Positions 1 through 11,285 of a DNA stretch of 64,000 nt are shown piece after piece. The translations under genes and the position numbers were made by a program. Location of the stretch: the NCBI RefSeq assembly GCF_006345805.1, contig NC_043002.1, positions 74,710,001 to 74,774,000 of the forward strand, read 5' to 3'. The notes below the pieces were generated by a model. That model saw nothing but the letters and a program-made list of their open reading frames with translations. It had not been told where the DNA came from and searched no databases. The stretch is from Octopus sinensis. Lineage: Eukaryota. Within the stretch, counting starts at the first letter, position 1, and every line of letters starts with the position of its first letter.

Positions 1-24
1 ACTTTGCTGTTACTAGTAATCCAC

Positions 25-540
25 TCTCGGTACATATTTTGGGGTCACAGCAAGCCAGTGGTTGTTCTGTGTGTTCACCATCTGATCCTGGCAGAAATTT
101 TTCTCATCTGAGAAAAACCAAAGCATGTTCAGTTGGAGGGGATGCTTGAGTTTGTTCAAAAGCTTCATAGCATGGTTTTTCCCTCTTGTCCTTGATGCCT
201 TGGAATAAAATTTGGCCCTTTCTCATCTTGTATGTGGAATACCAAATGTCTTTGTACACTACCTGCCTGATAAAAAAACTCCGGCATATCCCTGGTGATG
301 GACCTGATTGACTTGGATGGATCATTGTCAATTAAAGCCCTGATCTCACCAACAAATTCAGGAGTTCTTTTCTTATCAGAATGATCAAAGTGAGTTTTCC
401 AAGCTGCCGTACCTTCATAATCACCATTAGACTCATCGAACTCTTTCCAAATCTTCTGCACTGTCCTCAGACACTCTGAAATGTTCAGACGCTCTGAAAT
501 GACACCTGAACACTCTGAAATGTTCATATTGAAGCTTCCG
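25..540 (-). mobile_element. IS630-Tc1-mariner transposase remnant (frameshifted N-terminal half)
   Basis: Three frames join into RTPEFVGEIRALIDNDPSKSIRSITRDM / FIRQVVYKDIWYSTYKMRKGQ / KLLNKLKHPLQLNMLWFFSDEKNFCQDQMVNTQNNHW, i.e. HTH region plus the first catalytic Asp motif (SDEK). Confidence 0.85.
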
Positions 541-723
541 GCTCCAATATGCATTAGGAAGGGCATCCAGCTGTAGAAACTCTGCCAGATCAGATTGGAG
601 CCTGGTGTGGTGATCTGGTTTGCCAGTCCTCAGTCAAAAGTCAAAAACGAACAATGTTGCCAAACACTTAGTTACAGGGACGTAAATACCCCAACATTGG
701 TTGTCAAGCGATAGTGGTGGGAA

Positions 724-737
724 ACACACACACACAC

Positions 738-789
<52 letters not shown>

Positions 790-805
790 CACACATATCT
801 ATCTA

Positions 806-839
<34 letters not shown>

Positions 840-877
840 CATACACACACACACACATATATCTATCTATCTATCTA

Positions 878-923
<46 letters not shown>

Positions 924-945
924 AACACACTCACACACATATACA
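724..945. repeat. Compound (CA)n/(TA)n/(TATC)n microsatellite
   Basis: Seen directly. It explains the spurious ORFs 701-1156 and the 5' part of 714-1562. Confidence 0.95.
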
Positions 946-952
946 CATACAC

Positions 953-1113
953 ACTTCTTTCAGTTTCCATCTACCAAATCCACTCACAAGGCTTTGGTCA
1001 CCCCAAGGCTATAGCAGAAGACACTTGCCCAAGGTGCCACACTGCTGGACTGAACCCGGAACCATGTGGCTGGGAAGCAAGCTTCTTACCACACAGCCAT
1101 GCCTGCACCTATA
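953..1113 (-). mobile_element. tRNA-derived SINE, family B head
   Basis: Reverse complement has A-box-like TGGCTGTGTGGTAAG, B-box-like GGTTCAGTCC and CACCTTGGGCAAGTG. Many homologous copies occur in the window. Confidence 0.85.
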
Positions 1114-1164
1114 CACACACACTCATGGACACAGGAAACTATGCATGCTTGTTTGAGTGTATGT

Positions 1165-1221
<57 letters not shown>

Positions 1222-1333
1222 CATGCATACATACATACATATATATATATATCTCGATAGAGGGAGAGAGATACATATGTTTATGTAATATGATAGTTTA
1301 TCTTTTTTTCTTGTTAATTTTTTTTTTCTGTAG

Positions 1334-1557
1334 TGTTGAAGCACCTGAAATTCAAGAATGTTGTCAGAAAACATTGCAAGACTTCAATCTGTGTATGTTC
1401 TATGAACCTGTCTGCTACAACAGTAGAGATAATGTGTTTACACCCCTGCGCCACCACAGTTCATCTTCCATTGATCACCTCCAATATTTGGATGATGATA
1501 TTGTGTTCAAGATTGCTGTCATCTGCATGGCAACCGTACATTTGCTTGAAAGAAATG
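1334..1557 (+). CDS. SMG5: SMG5 internal exon A (end of the helical EST1-type region)
   Basis: Polypyrimidine tract and TAG acceptor (1332-33), donor G|GTTAGT. Translates VEAPEIQECCQKTLQDFNLCMFYEP...YLDDDIVFKIAVICMATVHLLERNG, resembling vertebrate SMG5 LEDFNLCLFY...LPDLLIFQMVIICLMCVHSLERAG (recalled). Confidence 0.92.
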
Positions 1558-2026
1558 GTTAGTCTTTTATCTTCTTATTGCAGACTTTGTATTTTTTTGT
1601 TTCTTTCTTGTATTTTTTTTTGTTTTAAATGTTTTTCTTTTTACTGTATTTGTAAAAAAAAAAAAAATTATTTGCTCTTTTAGTTGTTTTAATTTGTTTT
1701 TGTTCATGTGGATATTTTTCTAATTTTACTGGCATTTGTATTTTTCCTCCCTTTCATGATGCAAATTGAATTGTAAATTTATGTGATCTGAATTGAGTGT
1801 TTTTCTCTTTTTATTTGTTTCTATCTTTGAAATGGATTAAATTAATTATTTATCTATACATTTATTAATTTATACTTTTGCAACTTTTTTAAAATTAATA
1901 AACAAAATGATGTTGTTATAGTATTTCGAAGAAGGTACTCTGTTGTGATTTCACTGTGCCATATCTAAGTATGTATGAAAAGGTGCATAATATAATATAA
2001 GAAATTAACACACACACACATATATG

Positions 2027-2190
2027 TATAGGTGCCGCTGTGGCTGTGTTGTTAAGAAACTTGCTTTCCAACCATATGGTCTTGAGTTCAATCCCACTGT
2101 GTGGCACCTTGGGCTCATGTCTTCTACTGTAGACCAAGACTGACCAAGGCTTTGTGAGTGAATTTAGCAGACGAAAACTGAATGAAGCCT
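2027..2190 (+). mobile_element. SINE family B head
   Basis: Homologous to 953-1113 in the opposite orientation. Confidence 0.8.
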
Positions 2191-3750
2191 GCTATGTGCA
2201 TACCTTTTTGCACGTGTGTGTGTGCATGCACGCATGCGTGCGTGTCTGTGCGTACCCATGTCTTGATATCATGTAATAGTTGAAACCAATCTTCTGTTTA
2301 ACATGTTTGACAAGGGGGGAAATATTACTTTATGTGGAAGGAAGGGTGTCCAACCAGAAAAAATTTACCCAAAAAATTCTCTCTGACACATGTAAGTATG
2401 GAAAGGTCAATATGAAAATGATGTGTGATGTAATATGTGTGTGTATGTGTATTCATTTTTTTTTTCTGTTTTGCGTACTTACATGAGTTGGTGTGTTATT
2501 GAGATAATATTGTACAGCCAGATGCCCTTCATGTTGCTAACCCTTACCTGTGTTTCAAATAAGGGATCTTTTATTCCATGTGGTTTCAAAGGTGTGAAGG
2601 GAGTGGATAATTTGTTGAAAGAACTGCCAACTGTAGCACCACCTGAATCTTTTAGCTTCCATACAATCATAAATGTGAACACACACACACACACATGTAT
2701 GCTAGCATGCATAGTCAGTCACTTAGATTCTGTGTGCCAAATCTACTAACAGGGCTTTTATCAAGCTGGAGCTTATAGTTGAAGACACTTGACAGAGTTG
2801 CTGTTCGGTGGAACTGAACCCCAAGCTGCATGGTTGGGGAGCAAACTTAACCATACAGCCATTACCTGTACCTATATCATCATTGTCATCGTTTTAAAAT
2901 CTGTTTTCAATGCTAACATAACTTGGACAGTTAGACAGGAACCAACAAGCCAGAGGACTGCGCTGGGGTCTAACATCTGGTTTGGTTTGCTTTGTACAGC
3001 TACCTTTCCTGTGGCTGCCTTGGTTCTGTGGTTGCCCTTAGTTCTGCGGATACCCTTTCTGTCACCTTCCACTTCATACAGACTACTAAGTGCTTTTTTC
3101 ATGGCACGACCACTAGTGAGATAACCCAGTAACTCACTGGACAAAATCCCTCAACTGAGTGGGGTTGTAATATTGAAGGTGATGTCATTATGCTGTGTGT
3201 TGAAGGCTAAAGTGTAACAGGGATAGGAACAGCTATCTTACTTAGTGGGAACTTTGAAAAGGAGAAAATAAATGGTGAGTGCATACTGTCAAAGTACAAG
3301 GTAAATAGGATTGGCAGGTGGAAGAGGAAGAGATAAGTGACAGTAATTAGGAGATGATCTGAAGTGTGTGTGTACGAGTGCACGCGTGCACTTGTGTGTG
3401 TGTGTGTATGTTTATTCACACACACAGGACATAACATATTTTCTGGCATACAAGTCAATGTAGTAAACTTTCAAACAACGTCATATTTCCAAATCCTGTT
3501 GCATTTCACGTGAAATTTTTGGTCTTCTAAAATCATCTTGGTGTGTAAGTTGGCCTGCCTGTTTTGGCTGTAAGTTTTGGTCTGAAAAATTTTGGAGGTG
3601 GATGTTGGAAAATATGGTACTTGTTTGCTGGAGTAAAGGACATTTACAAACTAACGTACTTGATGTAGCAATGAGAAAAACAATAAACTGTTATTTGTGA
3701 ACTAAAACTATCACTACTACTACTACCACCACCACTACCACTGCCACTAC

Positions 3751-4290
3751 GAGGTGACAGAATTGTTAACATGCTGAGCAAAATGCTTGGCAACATATTG
3801 TGTCTTTATGTTCTGAGTTCAAATTCTGCTGATGTTAAGTTTGCCTGTTAGTTTTACGGAGATTGATAAAATAAAGTATCAGTTAAGACCTTGGGTTGAT
3901 GCCATTGACTACCATCCTTCACCTAAAATTTGCTGGCCTTGTGCCAAATTTTGAAACCATTATTATTATCTGTATCTTTCAATACATCTCAATGCTTCTA
4001 AAGCAAACTTTGTTGACTTTCAATGTAAGTTGAATTTATTATTATTATCATCATCAGCAATAAGGCAGTGAGCTGGCTAAATCGTTAGCGCTCTGGACAA
4101 AATGCTTAGCGGTATTTCGCCTGTTGCTACGTTCTGAGTTCAAATTTCACCAAAGTTGACTTTACATTTCATCTTTTCAGGGTTGATAAAATGAGTATCA
4201 GTAAAACACTGGGGGGTCGATGAAATCGACTTATCCCCTCTTCAAAACCGCTGCCCTTGTGGCAAAATTTGAAACCATTATTATTATATT
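3751..4290 (+). mobile_element. Two adjacent SINE family A copies (3751-3970, 4062-4290)
   Basis: GGCAGTGAGCTGGC head, GTTCTGAGTTCAAAT B-box, GACTTT...TTCATC...GATAAAATGAGTA central domain and ATT-type tail. Confidence 0.8.
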
Positions 4291-6110
4291 GTCTGCACAG
4301 CTTCTAACACTGGAGATATACTACGGTGTCAGCTGTTCACTACCAGTGAACTAAGGTAACACCCCTTATTTTTCAAGCACCATTGAGTGTTTCCAGGTAG
4401 TGCTGTTTTTTGCAAGTGCTCCACCCTTATTGCAGCCCCATTATAATAATAATAATAATACCATTTTCTCTGAAATTTCCCAAAGTTTTCTTTTCTTTGT
4501 TCCTATTTTCTTGTCAAACAAAATTATGAACAATTTTAGCATCATTTTCCACTTCCCACTAGTATTTTAGTTAATAATCAAGTTAACAATACTGTTTTCA
4601 TTAATAATCTTTTCAAACACTGTTACAAGCCTAAGCTTATTGAGACTAGGTCGAGGAGGGAGATGCAATGGTAGCAAATGTGACAAGAGTTGTTTTGCTG
4701 ATGTTAAAGTCACACTTAACATTTAGAAATATTTCTGCAGCTCCAGCTCATCTCTTCAGGCCTTTCATAAAATATAAAGTTAGTTGTTTTATTATTTTCT
4801 TTTTGTATCACCTCTAAGCATTTGTTAATCTATGTAGAGCTGTGATCTTTCTCTGTAAAGGTTATGTGGTGGTTGTGGTGATGATGGCAAAATTATTGGT
4901 GCTGGCAATAGAGTGATTTGAAGTTTCTTTTAGTTTGAAAAATTTTTTTTTACTGTTATTTTTATATCCATTTTTAAAAAAATTCTTGCATAGTCAGGAT
5001 TGATTTTTTTGTTTTCGAACTCTGGATCTTTGCATGTAATAGGAGCAGTTCTTTTACAGCTAGATGCTTTTCCTCTTTGTAACCATTCAGTTCTGGAGCA
5101 GCAGTGCAACCAGCTGTTAAGCTGACAGACTGAAGCCAGCAGAGTAATATGTGTTGTCAAAAAAAACCAGACATCTGTCGTACAGTATGAACCCTTGAGC
5201 ATCTAGTCAATAGCAAAGTTCTTCATCTGTGCAATAATTGTATGTTTAGAAACAATGGTCAACCGTTTCAATACATTTGAAGGACTCAGTTGCAGATGCT
5301 TACAGTGTGTGAGGTATGGTGGGAGTAGTTAAAGGGGAAGCTCCTCTCTCCTCACACACGAGTGAAGGGATGTAAAATTCTTGTAGCCTAGTACACCTGG
5401 TGGGGAAATCAAAAGTGCCTTTGCTCTTTTCCTGGCCCTGGACTCTTGCTGCGTAACTGCTCATTTATATGTTGCTGTAGACTATCATTGTGCATTTTTT
5501 TTTCATTGTGTGAGCATGTTTATGGTCAAATTAGTTTTATTCTTAGAAATTTCATTGGCCATTTTTGAAATTATTTTATTTTTAGACATAAAAAATCTAC
5601 AGAAGTGCACGTTATATATCATCAAGTTACACACTGTTTACTTTTGATGTTATAGGAAAACAGGACATCTTGAGTGTGTGCTGAAATTTTCAATGATGAT
5701 AGGTTAGGAATTAAATTGATTTATAAATATAGTGTTTACATTCAATCTGTTGGGTCCCTTTTGTCCCAATACAGACAATCTCTCTAGTGCTGGTGTCCTG
5801 ATAAAACACACCCAATCTATTTGTAAATTGGTAAAAGGGAAAGAAAAGCAACCAGTTGTAAAGATATACCTTCAGAAAGAAAATGACATACATGATGGCT
5901 AAGAGTAGCAGTTTTCTCTGTTGCAGTGTGATGAATTAGATGATGAAGGATCACAAAGAGTGGCAGGGCATAGATGCTGGTGATGATGTTGACCACAATA
6001 AGGATAACTAAATACTCCATCTACATAGATGGTGTTTTGCAAAGCATATTTCTTTTGTTTGTGTACATTAAATTATCAAATTGTTTTCTTGTTTATTTTA
6101 TATTGTGTAG

Positions 6111-6245
6111 GTTCCCGTCAAGTGACTGCTGCCATGGCATTCTTATTGGCTCTGTTCTCGCACATCCTCAACCATGTTGTCATACGCTTGCAAGGAGCTC
6201 TTTATGATCGAGAAAACCTCACTAAACTCGCTGTTGCAGGAGCAG
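6111..6245 (+). CDS. SMG5: SMG5 internal exon B
   Basis: TGTAG acceptor, GCAG|GTAAAA donor, phase 1 to 1. GSRQVTAAMAFLLALFSHILNHVVIRLQGAL resembles human GSKQYSAAIAFTLALFSHLVNHVNIRLQAEL. Confidence 0.95.
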
Positions 6246-6594
6246 GTAAAATATTTTGCATTCTCATTCAATACAGTTTTAGAAGCAGATAAACTGTTCT
6301 GGTGGGTGGGTGGAGGGACAGGTTATTTGCTAACTTGTGAACATAGTAATTTAGAATTTTTTTTTGGTGGGGTGAACAAGGAAATTAGGAGTTATGATTG
6401 CATTTTTGTCTTTTCCTAATGGCATCAACAAAATAAATGAAATGACATGGCTCAACAAGGAATTGAAACATTGACTTGTCAAGAGATTATGAGCAATAAT
6501 AATAATAATAATAAATAATAAAGAAGCTAGCAAGTGATTGATGCAATGAAGGATTAACAGAAGTAGCAACAAAGTAGTAGCAATGTTTACTATT

Positions 6595-6601
6595 ATCATC
6601 A

Positions 6602-6649
<48 letters not shown>

Positions 6650-6650
6650 G
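6595..6650. repeat. (ATC)/(ATT)n microsatellite
   Basis: Seen directly. Confidence 0.95.
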
Positions 6651-8794
6651 GAGCAGCAGCACTTTTGTGGCTATATGCTGGTTACATTATAGCAATGTGG
6701 GTTGTTTTTACTTTCTACTTCATATACTCATAACCAATTTTCATGTCTTTGCAAAATAGACTTACATCTTTATCTCTTCTATCTGTAGTGACCCCAAAGA
6801 TTGTCTTATACATCTGTTTATTACAGAAATCTGGAAGTTTTTTCTTTCTTTTTTTGTTTTGTTTTTAGTCAACTTTAAAATATGTTAGATACTCTCAATC
6901 CTTTTTATTGATTTCTAATGACAGAAACAAGTTTATGGATTTTGTTAGGTTGTGATTAATGAAATAAAAAAAAACAAACAAAACAAAAGACATGAAAACA
7001 AATAAACTATTTTTTCTCTTTAAACCAAGCAACAAACAAACAAAAACCAATAACTTTAAGATTGATACTCAGTTGGTGATGTTATTAAAAGCCTGTCAGT
7101 AACATATGCTCTGGGAATATTTTATGGCATTCAATTTTCTCTTGTAATGATAGGATTTATCCTGTAGAACATTAGATGACTAATCGTAAACTTGTATTTA
7201 AATATGTGCGTGTGTGTGTGTGTAGATCCTGCGGCTGTCTTATTGAGTAAATACTGAAAAGACTTTAGTATGCAAGATTTTAAAGTTGCTGCTTTGCCTG
7301 ATGGGTAACAGTTCTGCGAAATAAAAAGAAAAACAGAATAGCATTAAATATCAATTGTAAGTCCTGAAGTAAATAAGTTTACACCATCTGATGACATGGT
7401 ACCTTAGAGTCTTGTTAGTTACAATGTGATTACAGATAAATTCTAGAATCCAAGGAAACTGGTTAGCTTCTGTGTCAGTAATGATACATTACAAGAAAAT
7501 TTTGTGGTATCTTGCAGAAGTTTAAGTACTGGAAAGGGTTAAGCAAGAAGTCTGACGTTTTGAGTTCTTGTTGACTTTCTACTTCTCATAGCAATTCATC
7601 CTTTTTACTCTTTTACTTGTTTCAGTTATTGGTTTGAGGTCATGCTGGATAAAGTCCGCAAGGGTTTAATTAATCAAAGTGGCTCTTGTCTTAAAATTTC
7701 ATTTTTAAGTTTAGCATTTATTTTATCAGTCTCTGCCAAACCACTAAGCTATGGGATGTAAACGAACTAACACTGGTTGTCAAGCAGTGAGAGACATCAC
7801 AATAATGAATATGTGCATGTGAACACACAGTCTCATGTCCACATGAGCTGGCAGAAACGTTGGCATGCCCGGTGAAATGCTTAGTGGTATTTCACCTTTC
7901 CTTATGTTCTGAGTTCAAATTCTGCCAAGGTTGACTTTTCCTTTCATCCTTCCAAGGTCGATAAATTAAGCACCAGTTGCATACTGAGGTCAATTTAATT
8001 GACTGGCCCCCTTCCCCAAAATTTCAGACCTTGTATCTAGAGTAGAAAAGAATATGACAAACTTTCACGAAATTTTCTCACAAGTTATAGATCAGACCAG
8101 AGTTATAGTAGATAACAAGGTGCTGCACCGTGGGAACAGTGAGAGGCATCACAATGATGCATATGTGCATGTGCACACTCAGATGTACATTGAGTATGAC
8201 AAGCTTTCACACAGTCTACGAAATTCACTCACAAGCTGTAGGTTGGCCAGAGTTATTGTAGATGGCACCCAAGGTGCTGTACAGTGGGACTGAAATTGAA
8301 ACAGCATAACTGCTAAGCAAACTTCTTGACTATAGAGCTATGTATATGCTTTGTTTGACATCCCATGAAATTTCCACTTGACATGATTACCATAAGCCTC
8401 TTAATTGCCTCTGAGATATCATAAAGAAAATGTAGTTCATTACTGTTGTTTCTAGCAAAATAAGGAACTAAGTACTTAGGTAAATGAATAAATATTAAAA
8501 GATAAATAGCTACTGAGACCCCCTTTGATCATGACTGACCATGGGATTGCACCTAGAAAGTTACCCTCCCAAGCACAAGTCCGGGCAAGGTTGTTTATTG
8601 AAGACCAGCAGTCGTCCATGCATACTGGCCTCCCTTCTCCATGCCACCAAGGTGCCACGCAGTGGGACTGAACTCAGAACCATGTGGTTGGGAAGCATGC
8701 TTCTTACCACAAAGCCATGCCTGTGAGCTTCTTCTAAAATACTTCTCATTGTTAGAGAGCTATTCTATTTACATGATGTTTTCACTGTTTTCAG

Positions 8795-8997
8795 GTGATG
8801 AAGCCGATGATAAATATGACAACAGCCATTCATCTCCTGGTGGAAACAATGGCCTATCATTCGATAATAGTCATCTAACAATTGGAAATGTACATAAGGC
8901 AGGGAATGATAAACCAATTTCCAATGTTGTCTGGAATCTTCAGCAGGCTGGGCAAAATAATGGAGATTCGGCAACTGTCACTTCACTAGATAAAAAG
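8795..8997 (+). CDS. SMG5: SMG5 internal exon C (disordered linker)
   Basis: TTTTCAG acceptor, AAG|GTAAGC donor, open frame GDEADDKYD...SLDKK. Phase 1 to 0 fits both neighbours. Confidence 0.85.
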
Positions 8998-9227
8998 GTA
9001 AGCTTGTCTTTTTCAGTTTTCTGTAAGTATGTATTAGAAATAATTTTTAGTTATCAGATCATTGGAGTAAGCTGGAGTTATTGTCATACTCTTGTGCATA
9101 ATGCAGTGTTGTTAATAGTAAGTTTTGAAGTTATTACTATGTTTGTTATTGTTTTTAAATATGTATATGTATGTATATATATATGTGTGTGTGGTATGAA
9201 TGAGCAAAAACAAGAAAAAATAAAACA

Positions 9228-9330
9228 ATAGGGACAAGTTTTAACAAAGATGTTATTGATGTAAAGCTTGAAAAGAAAGGGAAAAGGTCTTTAACATTTC
9301 AGACACTAGTCCTTCATCAGAGATGAGAAA
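9228..9330 (-). mobile_element. Probable Penelope-like element terminal fragment with a hammerhead-like motif
   Basis: Minus strand CTGATGAAGGACTAGTGTCTGAAATGTTAAAGAC at 9287-9320. Confidence 0.5.
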
Positions 9331-9840
9331 AGAAAGATGGAACAGTGGTGAAAAGAAAAGAAAAAAAAAACCGGTTTAGAGGCCAAGTGGGAATGTGGCT
9401 CTAAGGGGAAGAGTTGTGAAGGGAGGAAGAAATGGGATGGTGTGTGCATGTATAGGGAAGTAGCCTTGTGGGGAGATGGGCATGGGGGAGGGTTACGTGT
9501 GATGTAGGGTCCAGGTGTGTGGAGGTGCACAAGTGGTGAGATTAGGAGTGTGGGGAGGAAGGTGAATAAGTGTGAATTTGATATAGGTGAAAGAAAGGCA
9601 AGGGGAGAAACAGAAAGTAGGAGAAACAATGAAGAAAACATTATAGATGGTGAGGAAAAAAATTTGTACAAGATCAGAAGAAAAACGTGGGTAGTTGGAA
9701 AATTGTATAAAATCTGAAGAACAACAAAAGGGGAAACAATTGCAGTTAAATTTGAAAGGACAATTGAAATAGAAAGGTTTTTTTTAAAAAAAAAAATAGA
9801 GAGGACTTAAAAAAAGTATAATCATCATAAAATATAATCA

Positions 9841-10210
9841 TAGGCGCTGGAGTGGCTGTGTGGTAAGAAGCTTGCTTACCAACCACATGGTTCTGAGTTC
9901 AGTCCCTCTGCGTGGCACCTTGGGCAAGTGTCTTCTACTATAGCCTTGGGCCCACCAAAGCCTTGTGAATGGATTTGGTAGACGAAAACTGAAAGAAGCC
10001 TGTCTTGTATATATGTATGTATGTATTTGTGTGCTTGTGTTGCTTGACAATTGGTGTTGGTGTGTTTACATCCCCGTAATTTAGTGGTACAGCAAAAGAG
10101 ACCAATAGAATAAGTACAAGGCTTACAAAGAATAATCCTGGGGTCAATTTGTTCGACTAAAGGCAGTGCTCCAGCATGGCTGCAGTCAAATGACTGAAAC
10201 GAATAGAAGA
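9841..10210 (+). mobile_element. Near full-length SINE family B (tRNA-like head, microsatellite middle, 3' body)
   Basis: GGCGCTGGAGTGGCTGTGTGGTAAG head, TA/TG spacer, and a 3' part ending CAGTCAAATGACTGAAAC that is shared with 38940-39115. Confidence 0.88.
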
Positions 10211-10639
10211 ACCCTCATGTAATGTCCATGTTGGCATGGGTTGAATGGTTTAACAGGATACAATGGGGTCCAAGGACCACATCATACCCCAGTGTTTGCT
10301 TGGGCATGGTTTCTGTGGTTGGATGCATTCTTCCTATGCCAACAATTTTACAGCATGTGCTGGGTGCTATTTTTTCATGCTCCCAACACTGGTAAGTTGC
10401 CATACAACTTGCAAGAACATGAATACGGAGGGGGGAGGGGCTTTATATTAGGTGATGAAGGGTAAAAGTATGAAAGAAGGGGCTAGAGCAGAACTGGTTT
10501 CTCAGAGGGCTTGCATAACTATTCACTTTTTAGAAGAAAGGGTGGAAGTGAGAGGATGGCTCTGAAAAGTGATAAAAATAATGGTGATGAAGCACAAAGG
10601 CAGCTGATTGATAGATCAGCCCAGTTGTCTTTTAGGGGT

Positions 10640-11070
10640 TAAATAATGTTCATCCGTTGTCAGCAATGACCAAGGACATCACATGGGAGAAGATCGGTCG
10701 GAGTGTGTCTGGCTGTGGCTGATCAGTCTGATGCATGCTTGAAAGGTTCTGCTGCAGGTTGGGTACTGGTGGTCTGCTGGGAATGAATGCAAGGAGTTGG
10801 CTCTGAACTTGTGCAGTTCACATTTTCTTTGTGCTCCTGCAAATCCTGTTCTGTTTGTATGAGGTGGTTCCTCTGTTGGTGCAGTTTTGCCAGGCAGGAT
10901 GGGCCAGTGCTAGTATTTCTCAGGTGTTGCGGTTGATCTCAATGCAATTCAGTGAGGCTTTGAGTGTATCCTTGAAGTGCTTTTCCTGTCCACCACCCGT
11001 GCACTTGCCTCCTGCCCGTTTGCTGTAGAATGGTCTTTTTTTTTGTTTCCATGCAATGTCATCCCTCCCA
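10640..11070 (-). mobile_element. Decayed BovB-like RTE LINE 3' fragment
   Basis: Minus strand encodes YPTCSRTFQACIRLISHSQTH (degenerate C2H2 finger typical of RTE/BovB ORF2 ends) and KHFKDTLKASLNCIEINRNTWE, followed by an RTE-type tail. Confidence 0.75.
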
Positions 11071-11182
11071 CCACTACATATTAGATTTTGTCAACTTACT
11101 GATTGTTCTTCACTGTCATTATAACTAAAGACCCATAGCAGGGACTGTTTTTATATTGTCATTTTATATTTTTCTCACCTAG

Positions 11183-11285
11183 AAGAAGTTAAATTTGCGA
11201 AACTTAAAAAGACGTCGACGTCGCCATCACAGTGGTAGCAGTAATGGATCTGTTGTTTCAGATGAAGAGTCTGACCTCAGTGAAG
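11183..11285 (+). CDS. SMG5: SMG5 internal exon D (basic tract plus SDLSEG motif)
   Basis: CCTAG acceptor, GAAG|GTAATT donor. KKLNLRNLKRRRRRHH...DEESDLSEG resembles human LRRRRHPPKVGDDSDLSEG. Phase 0 to 1. Confidence 0.92.

Noticed and set aside
701-1333. Long ORFs 701-1156 and the 5' part of 714-1562
   Set aside because: Stop-free only because of CA/TA microsatellites. Only 1334-1557 has splice signals and homology.
5694-5801. ATGATGA...CTGA, possible box C/D snoRNA
   Set aside because: No convincing terminal stem, internal boxes or recognisable rRNA antisense element. The motifs are expected by chance.
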